Below, one piece after another: positions 47,537 to 55,500 of a DNA stretch of 64,000 bases. Every line of letters starts with the position of its first letter. The stretch's first letter is position 1. The notes beneath the pieces were generated by a model. It saw only the letters and a list, made by a program, of their open reading frames with translations. It did no database searches and was not told the origin of the DNA. The stretch lies in IMG/VR virus record IMGVR_UViG_3300025466_000014; one strand, written 5' to 3'. The DNA comes from a virus. A program made the position numbers and the translations under genes.

Positions 47537-48964
47537 TTAAACCAGGGATTGATTACCAGCCAAAATCGCCATAGCAGAAGACGATTTCACACCAGCAGAA
47601 AGAAGAGCACCACGATCACGACGCAATGGAGTATAAAGAGCTGCACTTACTGTAGTAGGCAAATCTTCCATGTCTTCCATTTCTTCGTCATCTACGTTAG
47701 CTTCCAAGTCGTCTTCGCCTTCATAGTCTTCGTCGCTAGTAAGGTCCAATGCAGACGCGTACTGGTTACGAACTTCTTCTGGCATTTCAGAAATCTTGTT
47801 AGCCAATGTCAAAATAGCTTTAGCGTAGCTAACACCGTGTTCGGCAAACATAGCACGAACCAGATTAGCACCACCACGAACGCCCGCCTTAACAAGTTCG
47901 TTTTCCAAGCCAGCCTTCAGAGTGTTCTCTGCGCCCTTGAAAAACTTGCGGTTAATACCAACTGCGGCAATAGCCAAGCTTTGTTCCAAAGCCTTAGACT
48001 TACGGTCGATAGAAGCAAGAGTAGAAGCAAGTTGCTTTTCTACTTTGGAAGCAACGATCTTAGAAGCAGCTTTAGAAGCTGTCAACTTAACCTTAGACAG
48101 GATGAAACCGGATTGGATAAGACCCTTACGCAGACCTTTTGCGTCCACGTTAGCGGCCACAACATCTTGATACTGAGGTGTCAGATAGATGTCGCCGATG
48201 CCTGCTTTGTTAGCAGAAGAACGGCCAATAGAAGCAATGATACGATTGGAACGAATAACGTGAACGGCAGAAGCAATGGTTGCAAACTGCAAATCGTGTT
48301 CGTCGTGCTCTTTAACTTCGTCAGCATCAACCACAGCCATTGTGTCGTCTTCGCCTTCAGCTTCAAATTTCTCTTCAGCAGCAGACTCAACTTCTTCTGG
48401 CTCTTCGGTTTCAAGCATTTCTTCAGCAGCGTGGTCTTCCGGAATGCCCAGTTCTTCGCCGTCTTCCAGTTCTTCGTCATCCTCCAACTCACCCTTGATT
48501 TCTTTTTGGTGGTCTTCAAGGAATTCGTCGTTTTCTTCTTCGCTCTCTTCGCCCAAGTCTTCAAAATCAGATTCAATGGAGTGAATATTGAATTCGTCTT
48601 CCATATTATCTTCATCAGCCTCGTCTTCAACATCCGCAGAAACGTTGGTGTTGATAACTGGCATCTTAACTTGTTTTTCCAGATAGCCAATAGATGGATC
48701 TGGGGTATCGGAATTAACACTACCACCGCGTGGCAACTGCTTGTCTGTCAGAAGGGCAGCCTTTGCAGATGCACGAATAGGTGCTTTAGGAATACCTTTA
48801 TGATCTTCACGAGTATGAGTTGAGCCGCCTTTGTGTTCATCGGGGTCAATCAGCATTAGATCTTCTTGGTGATTCGTAGTACCAAATCCCGAATCAGTCG
48901 CCTTCATCTTTTCCGTATTAGGGAAATGAGTCGGGGCAGCCTTGACTCGTACTTTTTCAGTCAT
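47537..48964 (-). CDS. Putative prohead scaffold/core protein
   Basis: 475 aa with long E/D tracts and helical C-half; upstream of the capsid genes. Confidence 0.6.
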   Translation of the reverse strand: MTEKVRVKAAPTHFPNTEKMKATDSGFGTTNHQEDLMLIDPDEHKGGSTHTREDHKGIPKAPIRASAKAALLTDKQLPRGGSVNSDTPDPSIGYLEKQVKMPVINTNVSADVEDEADEDNMEDEFNIHSIESDFEDLGEESEEENDEFLEDHQKEIKGELEDDEELEDGEELGIPEDHAAEEMLETEEPEEVESAAEEKFEAEGEDDTMAVVDADEVKEHDEHDLQFATIASAVHVIRSNRIIASIGRSSANKAGIGDIYLTPQYQDVVAANVDAKGLRKGLIQSGFILSKVKLTASKAASKIVASKVEKQLASTLASIDRKSKALEQSLAIAAVGINRKFFKGAENTLKAGLENELVKAGVRGGANLVRAMFAEHGVSYAKAILTLANKISEMPEEVRNQYASALDLTSDEDYEGEDDLEANVDDEEMEDMEDLPTTVSAALYTPLRRDRGALLSAGVKSSSAMAILAGNQSLV

Positions 48965-49104
48965 GGAAACTCCTTTGTGTTTAAAAACATGAAATGAGTT
49001 AGAGAAAGATCACCGATCAATCTTAGCCTAACTCTTTCTAACTTAAGCTTTGTGAAAAGCTTGTAATTAAATTGCATAGTGCAGAAACCTAAAACGTACA
49101 GTCG

Positions 49105-49139
49105 TAAAAAAGGGACGTGATTTTTTACAATCACGTCCC
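49105..49139 (-). terminator. Intrinsic terminator
   Basis: Perfect 11-bp stem gggacgtgatt/aatcacgtccc with a T-run on the minus strand. Confidence 0.8.
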
Positions 49140-49165
49140 AAAGGCAACTACCCACTCAACTCTTC

Positions 49166-49711
49166 TTATTTGAATGTAACTACTCTACCCATAAGGAAGA
49201 ACTGCTTAATGCCGCAGTTTATGGGCGTTGTAGACTTTTCAGGAACAATACCCTTTTCGGCAATGCTCTTGAGCAGATCGTCTGTTATGTATCGTGCCCG
49301 GTCAAACTCGCCTCTAAAGAACATTTGAACAGGCATGTAGGCATCATTTGTTAGTTCCCTGATTGCGTCTGCGCGAGCACGGCCTTCGTGTGTCTTAATC
49401 TTTGCCATGCCCTTTTCGTCTACTGCAATTTCCAAGAATGGTACGGCAATAGGACGGCCATCTTCCATTAGCTTTTTTAGCTTTGCCGTGTCTTCAGTTC
49501 TGTCCGCCGGCGCCGCTAATTTTCTAAAAACAGAAGGTTTAATAAAAGTAGTGCATCCAAGGTAGGCTACGTTAGCTCCCAGTGGAGTGTTACCTGCGCC
49601 CTTGCGGTTGTCGTAGGCAATCCCTGAGAAGTTAAAAGCGTCATCTACATTTTCAGGAGTAGCATTGTCTTCATGAGTTGCTCTAAGTCTATAGGCTGCA
49701 TTTAGAATCAT
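49166..49711 (-). CDS. Leader-bearing (MILNAAYRLRAT) ParB/Srx-like domain protein
   Basis: PFLEI...KTHEGRARADA resembles the ParB-N GH(R)R motif. Start re-set to 49711 (or 49714) after the AAAGGA RBS. Confidence 0.55.
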   Translation of the reverse strand: MILNAAYRLRATHEDNATPENVDDAFNFSGIAYDNRKGAGNTPLGANVAYLGCTTFIKPSVFRKLAAPADRTEDTAKLKKLMEDGRPIAVPFLEIAVDEKGMAKIKTHEGRARADAIRELTNDAYMPVQMFFRGEFDRARYITDDLLKSIAEKGIVPEKSTTPINCGIKQFFLMGRVVTFK

Positions 49712-49721
49712 CATGTTTCCT

Positions 49722-50522
49722 TTACTTGGTAACCACCCAAAAGTCACACGCTAAACTTGGATTGGTGACGTAAGCATAGGGTAACCAGAAGTAGCCTTGC
49801 TGTGCCCAATTAGGTCCCCAGGAGTTACGAACTAAAACGTACTGACTTGTATTGTTGTAGCCTACCATTAACACAGCATGACCACCGTGACACGGCTCAC
49901 CTAGCTGAGGCATAGAAGCAACACCTGACATTGCAACTTGAGGGCTTTCAAAATTCTCAAAGACTTGGAAACCAAAAACAATGGGATACCCAGAAGCCAA
50001 AGTGTGTTTAATGCTTTGAATATCCTGTGGAACCGCAGCGTAAGCAGAGATTTTTCGGTTAGCGCTCTGATCGTAGGCTGGTTGCGGTGGACGGACCGCA
50101 AAAGCCTGAATTACGTAAGGCCATGTTGCCTCGTCGCAAACACCGACATTGGCTAGTACTTTAATACCATCGCGAAGTGCCGCACCGCCATCTTCGGTAA
50201 CCGTTCCCTCAATAGCCCGTTCGTTAAAATAAAGAAATAGGCGGCTAAGTGAAGCAAAGCCGTTAATCTCCAAGTCACGGTCTTTGTTTTCTAGATATTC
50301 TAAAGCACCGCAAAGAGCATTGGCAGTGCAGCTTCCAAGTTCACCTTGGTCAAACACAGGAGAGCAATGACTGCGGAGGTCTACGATATTAGGAATTTCA
50401 GAAGGCTCTACAAGTTTAAAGGCTTTTGACTCGTGCACCAGATGATCTCGTGCATCTGGTTTCTGCTTTTGCCAAGTGTACTTTTTACCAACAACAGACG
50501 CATGTTTCATGTTTGTTTCCAT
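49722..50522 (-). CDS. Papain-family (C1A) cysteine protease
   Basis: VDLR...PVFDQGELGSCTANA (Gln, Cys), GGHAVLMVGY (His), VRNSWG.NW..QGYFWLPY (Asn). Alternative start 50510. Confidence 0.92.
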   Translation of the reverse strand: METNMKHASVVGKKYTWQKQKPDARDHLVHESKAFKLVEPSEIPNIVDLRSHCSPVFDQGELGSCTANALCGALEYLENKDRDLEINGFASLSRLFLYFNERAIEGTVTEDGGAALRDGIKVLANVGVCDEATWPYVIQAFAVRPPQPAYDQSANRKISAYAAVPQDIQSIKHTLASGYPIVFGFQVFENFESPQVAMSGVASMPQLGEPCHGGHAVLMVGYNNTSQYVLVRNSWGPNWAQQGYFWLPYAYVTNPSLACDFWVVTK

Positions 50523-50917
50523 TAAATAATTTTTCTAATAACAGAGTGCGACCAATGTTCCGGTTTACCGGCAAGCCCAGCCCTACTAGGATGCGGATCA
50601 AAAAAGACGTTACCGTTTAATCCTACCACCGCGTGTTTTACTCTTTTGTTTCTTGGAGACTCACCGCTTATCTGATGGTACAAGTCTTCGCCCGGAATAA
50701 TGTATTCTTCTATCTTTACACCCGGTAGAAAATCATAGCCATGGTAGGCAACAAAATCATAAACTAACTCCCAGAAGTTTATAGCATCGGAAGCTATCGC
50801 GGCAAAATGCGGTACTTGACTAATAGGTAAATCTAAAAGAGATGCTATGACTGCTCGTTGACAATCGCCTTTTTGCCTTCCTAAACCGTGCTCAAATTCT
50901 TGATTTTGAGGAGTCAT
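50522..50917 (-). CDS. Small papain-fold/C39-like peptidase-domain protein
   Basis: GDCQRAVIAS (Cys), KHAVV (His), FFDPHP (Asp). Confidence 0.55.
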   Translation of the reverse strand: MTPQNQEFEHGLGRQKGDCQRAVIASLLDLPISQVPHFAAIASDAINFWELVYDFVAYHGYDFLPGVKIEEYIIPGEDLYHQISGESPRNKRVKHAVVGLNGNVFFDPHPSRAGLAGKPEHWSHSVIRKII

Positions 50918-50936
50918 AGTTTTGACCTATATTTGC

Positions 50937-51686
50937 CTACCAGTTAAAGTGTGTGTCGGACAAACAGACTACCCAGGCAGGATCAGCAACAAGGCTCATT
51001 TCAATTGGAGACAAGCCGTGTGCGTTTAGATACGCAAGCTTTTCTTCTCCGCCTTCGTTAATTAGCCGCCAATTTACATCCTTAATTGTCGTAATGTGGC
51101 CGCAGTTTTTAAACTGATTATCTGTAGCCTCTTTACCGCACACAGAGCATGTAAAGTAGTCTGCTTCTGTTCCCATAGAGCCGGTGTTAAGTTCGCCAGT
51201 AAGAACTCTATTGGCTACTTCAGGATTTTTGGTCTTGTCGATACCAACAAGACCCATTACCTTCCAGTGTCGATCTTCGCCAAAACCTTTAATAGGAGTA
51301 AGCATTGTATCAAATACTACGCCCAGAGCTTTTGTACAATCTCGGTTATCGTGTTCCAAATGCACCGGACAGCCCGCCCAGGCTTTGTACACCTGACGAT
51401 TTACCGGTGGTGGCTGGAACTTAATAAGCTCTTGCAAAGGAAAGGCAATGCCGTTTCGGTTGGGCATATCCGAAGGACAGATAGGCAAAATCTTTAGAAT
51501 ATAGTCTTCAATGCGCGGACTAATGTGGTAAGTTTTTGCTGCAAAAGGAAGCCATGAGAAATCTACCGCGGCAATAGGATCGGCTGCGTTCATAGCTTCT
51601 TCCTTTTTAATAGGCATTTCCGGGTAGCTTATGTCTGCAACAATTGGTTTTTTGTTTTCATAGTAAGCTTTTGGAAACTTTTGCAT
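50937..51686 (-). CDS. Putative prohead maturation serine protease (HK97/herpes-like fold) with Zn-finger insert
   Basis: VHLEHD (His), TGSMG (Ser), IEMSLVADPA terminal motif, CSVCG...CGH insert. Start MQKFP at 51686 is coupled by TAATG. Confidence 0.65.
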   Translation of the reverse strand: MQKFPKAYYENKKPIVADISYPEMPIKKEEAMNAADPIAAVDFSWLPFAAKTYHISPRIEDYILKILPICPSDMPNRNGIAFPLQELIKFQPPPVNRQVYKAWAGCPVHLEHDNRDCTKALGVVFDTMLTPIKGFGEDRHWKVMGLVGIDKTKNPEVANRVLTGELNTGSMGTEADYFTCSVCGKEATDNQFKNCGHITTIKDVNWRLINEGGEEKLAYLNAHGLSPIEMSLVADPAWVVCLSDTHFNW

Positions 51687-52072
51687 TATGCCGCTCCAAT
51701 AAATAAAGTAGCTGCTCCTGTAAACGTTATTAGCAGAGCAGTCGTTGGATATGAGATGTTTGTTAGTACACCGGTAGAAACAGTAACTGCGGTTTGCCAA
51801 TGACTAGTTGAGTCATTGTTTGGATCTAGGGCGAACTCAATAGGCACTAGCGTCGTTTGTACGTTTACAGGACCAGTGCCCAATTTTTGTACCGAGATAG
51901 TGTTAACTCTTACCTTACCGGTTACCAAAGCGTCAATAGGTATGCGAGCAACATCGCCAGCGCCTCCTTGTACGGTAACGTAACCAAAGGGGACTTTTCG
52001 AGTTACGTACCCACCACTTCGGTTATTTCCGTTAATGCCCGAAATGGCATTGTTTCTAATTATGGCAGCCAT
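51686..52072 (-). CDS. Putative virion protein (128 aa)
   Basis: Beta-rich, GGAG RBS, structural cluster. Confidence 0.6.
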   Translation of the reverse strand: MAAIIRNNAISGINGNNRSGGYVTRKVPFGYVTVQGGAGDVARIPIDALVTGKVRVNTISVQKLGTGPVNVQTTLVPIEFALDPNNDSTSHWQTAVTVSTGVLTNISYPTTALLITFTGAATLFIGAA

Positions 52073-52075
52073 TTA

Positions 52076-52456
52076 TTATGCTCCGGTAGCGGGAGTAGCA
52101 GGAGTCGTAGAGTCTGGTGCAGAGATAACAACGGTCTTAATGGTGTCAGCGGTTGGTAATACAGGTGTGTCGTCAACTTGAACGCCTGCTACCGGAGCTA
52201 AAGGGGCTGCCGGTGCAGCCGGAGCTTGCGGTGGTGTGGCTGGCACTTGAGGGGCAACAGGGGTTTTATCTGCAGGAGCTACGATAAGATCTTTTACAAA
52301 TTCCTCAAAGCGATGAAATTCGCCACGAATGTCGATACCACGAAAGAAACAAAAACTGCGAGCATTAACGTCGTCCTCAGGGGTCCACTCGTTATCCGGA
52401 GATGTTTTAATTCCGGCGGAGTTCATTGCTTGTTTGATTTTAGTGTAGTCAGTCAT
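52076..52456 (-). CDS. Hypothetical protein with Pro/Ala-rich tail
   Basis: AAGGA RBS; low-complexity PAAPAAP C-terminus. Confidence 0.65.
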   Translation of the reverse strand: MTDYTKIKQAMNSAGIKTSPDNEWTPEDDVNARSFCFFRGIDIRGEFHRFEEFVKDLIVAPADKTPVAPQVPATPPQAPAAPAAPLAPVAGVQVDDTPVLPTADTIKTVVISAPDSTTPATPATGA

Positions 52457-52490
52457 TTCATTTCCTTCGATTGTTTATTTGCCTAAAAGA

Positions 52491-52518
52491 TTGATAGGGA
52501 GTTTATTCTCCCTATCAA
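52491..52518. terminator. Hairpin downstream of SNF2 gene
   Basis: ttgatagggag-tttatt-ctccctatcaa, 11-bp perfect stem. Confidence 0.6.
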
Positions 52519-52534
52519 ATTAACCCACGAGTTT

Positions 52535-55500
52535 TTAGCGTGTCTTCTTGGTAACCTTTTCCTCTGCCACCGCTTTAGGATCTTGCGCAGGTCCAATATC
52601 TACGGTTGCATCGTTTTTAAGTTCCATGATGTTAGACAACTTACGAATGGACTTAGCTTGAACATTAAGTTGGTCAATGTTGTTAACGCTAATTCCAGCG
52701 TCCTTCAATTGTCCCAGAATCTTATGAATGCCCCCAATGTTGGCTGCATAGATACTAAGTGAAGGATTGCTAATTACCCAGTTAGTGGACGGAGCCTTAT
52801 AACGAGAGCTCATAGCCTTTGCTGTTGCAGGATGACCTGCACCGTACGGCATTGCCAAATAAGCTACACCATAACGCGGTGCAACACCAGCCTTAGCTGC
52901 TTCCCTCAGAGCCGCAGCATCGCGATCACCACCGTCCGTAACCAACGCAAACATTTGCAGCAACTTAGGATTCGACGTTGGCTTCCAACCCAAACGCATG
53001 TAATTCATATAGGCAGCCTTGCCCATAAGTTTTGCATAGTGTTTGTGTGTTTGCAAAGCATTGCTATCCAACTCTTGAGCCAACGTAATGAACGCATCCG
53101 AATCAACTTCGGTAGAAACGTTAAAGCCTGCGTCAGCCCACAGACGGAATTGAGTAATCAGTTGCTTATGATTACGAATACGAGTGTGAACCATCTTAGG
53201 TTCTAACTTAAAGCCCAAAGCCTCCAAAGCCTTAACCGCGCGTTTGTCAGAACTTTCAATGTATCCAAGACGAACGTAGCCGTTAACGATAGTCAAGTCC
53301 AGACCAATAGAAAGCTTGCCTTCCTTCTTACGAGCCTTCTGTTTTTCTAACAGACGTTGACGTTCCTGTTCTTTGGCAATTTCGCGTTGCTGTTTTAGTG
53401 TCAACTTAGCAGGCTTAGAGTAAACTGCAGGCGCTGTAATTTCGCCGGTAACAGGCAAGCCAGCGGCCTCTGCGAGTTTAATCTTCATGTCGTTGGAGTT
53501 AGTCTCAGTGCGCGTAATAATAAAAGCATTAGTAACACGCAAACGAGAAACCACAGTGCCGTCGTCTAAGGATACACGCAAAGCAGTAACAGATTCGCCT
53601 TTAACACGACCAGCCGACAGGATAAATCCATCACCGTATTCTGTATGAACACGTTTACCAGCCAACAGTTCTTTTTGACGGCGAATCTCAGGATTCTTTG
53701 CACCGGTTTCGTCTTCGTCATCTCCACCTGGACCAGAATCATCATCTTCGTCATCAGTAGACAACTCAAGGCCAAGGTAGTTGTCAACACGGACTAAACC
53801 TAGTTCAGAAGCTGCGTAAAGCTCTGTACCTTGTGCGTAAGGTACCGCAGACAAAATAGCTGCACCAGTTGGGACAGGGGCCACCTTAATAGGCGTAAAT
53901 TTCACCCCACCCTCAGCCTGCTGTTTGGCCTTGTATTCTTCGTAGTCAGAAGTAACAACAGAATTCAGTTGTTGCATCGAACGCTGGTACTGAGCCAGGT
54001 TGGTATCAAAGTCATTCTTAGTCTGAATAGCTTCCAGGTTCATTGGAATGATTGGGATATCTTCAATTGACTGATAGGCTGGGTCTGTAGAGTTATCAAA
54101 CTTAGCCAAAGCAACAATCTTTGCCCGCAAACGTGCTGCTTTAGTAACGTCAATAGTGCGGTTAGCAACCAATGTGTCGAATCGCAGACGTTGACGTTGG
54201 TCACCACCCTTACCAAAGTAAGGACGTGCAATACGGCAATCACCTTGCTCTTGTTCACCAGGGGTCCACACACCTTCAACACGAGCCAAGTAACCAGCAA
54301 TCTGCAAGTTTAAGCCAACTTCAAGCGACTTACGAATACCAATCATCCATTTGATGTTTGGATCTTTCTTGAAACGATTAACGTGTTCTGTCTTTTGTGA
54401 GGCAGAATAGAGCAAACCGCATTTTTGCAACTCAGGAGGCATTGAAGCGAACAGAGACGCAGCAGATGCATTGTAGTTAACGAAAACAATTGCCTTAGAA
54501 GTATTGTTTTCAAACCAGTCAGTCAGCAAGCGGGCCAACTGCATAGCTTTAGGAGATTTCAGGTCGTCACCAGACAAAGGTGGAATAAACTTACCTTCTT
54601 CTGTTTTAAAACCGTTAACAGAGTAAGGATGCGATGCTGGATCAGTAACAAAGCGCTCAATGTCTGCAAGGTAGGGTTGCAAAGCAGGGCCTACGTCGCC
54701 GTTATCGTCAAGAATGTCTTCAGTATTTGCATCTTCGTCAGCTTCGTCCATATCGCCAAAGTTTTCCTCATCTTCAGCGGAAGCTTTCTTGCCGTTAAGT
54801 TTTTCCAGAAGTTTACGCGCACCTTTGTCTGTTTCAGCTAACTTCTTAATCTGCTGAATCATGTCATCAAAGATAGCGTCGTACATTACCTTTTGATTTG
54901 CAGTCAACTCAACCGAAATAAATCGGTCTTCACGTTTAGGGAGAGCGTAAGCCCACTCACGACGTTTAGCAGAAGCCCATACAACAGAACCCTTTAACTT
55001 AGGCAGAATGTGAGCAATCGAGTTCTCACCACTAGTGCGCCACTGCATAACACGATCACCGCTGACGTTCTCACCGTAGGTCTGATTGAAGTCGTTACGT
55101 GTACCAAAGATTGTTGGGTCAAGAATAGCCATTTGACCAGGGAGGTCAGAAGGCGAATCCGGATTAAGAGTACCTGAAGCAATACGCTTTTTAGGAATGT
55201 CGGCGATAAGGCTCATTACTGCCTTAGCACGAGCAGACTTAGCGTTCTTGAGAAAGTGCGACTCATCCAAGAACACATACCCAGGACGGAACTGACGAAT
55301 CAACTCAGTTACAGGGAATACTAGGATAGAAGACGTTCCATAGCCAGCCGAACGAGCGCGGAATTTCAACGCGTCGTAATCAACAATCATAACAGTATTG
55401 ATGGGAGCAGCCTTTAGAATCTGCTCATAACGAGCAATACCAGAAGTCCTAAAGTTATAGGACGTAATTGGAATCACGTTAACTTGACCGTCAGTAAACT

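Noticed and set aside
45749-48823. Long plus-strand ORFs 45749-46762, 46878-47540, 47549-48823 and the minus alternative-frame ORF 46769-47140
   Set aside because: They overlap well-supported capsid, decoration and scaffold genes. They are explained by codon bias and have unnatural composition.
35252-49165. tRNA or structured ncRNA in intergenic gaps
   Set aside because: Gaps are under 200 nt and are accounted for by simple terminator hairpins and RBSs; no cloverleaf was recognised.
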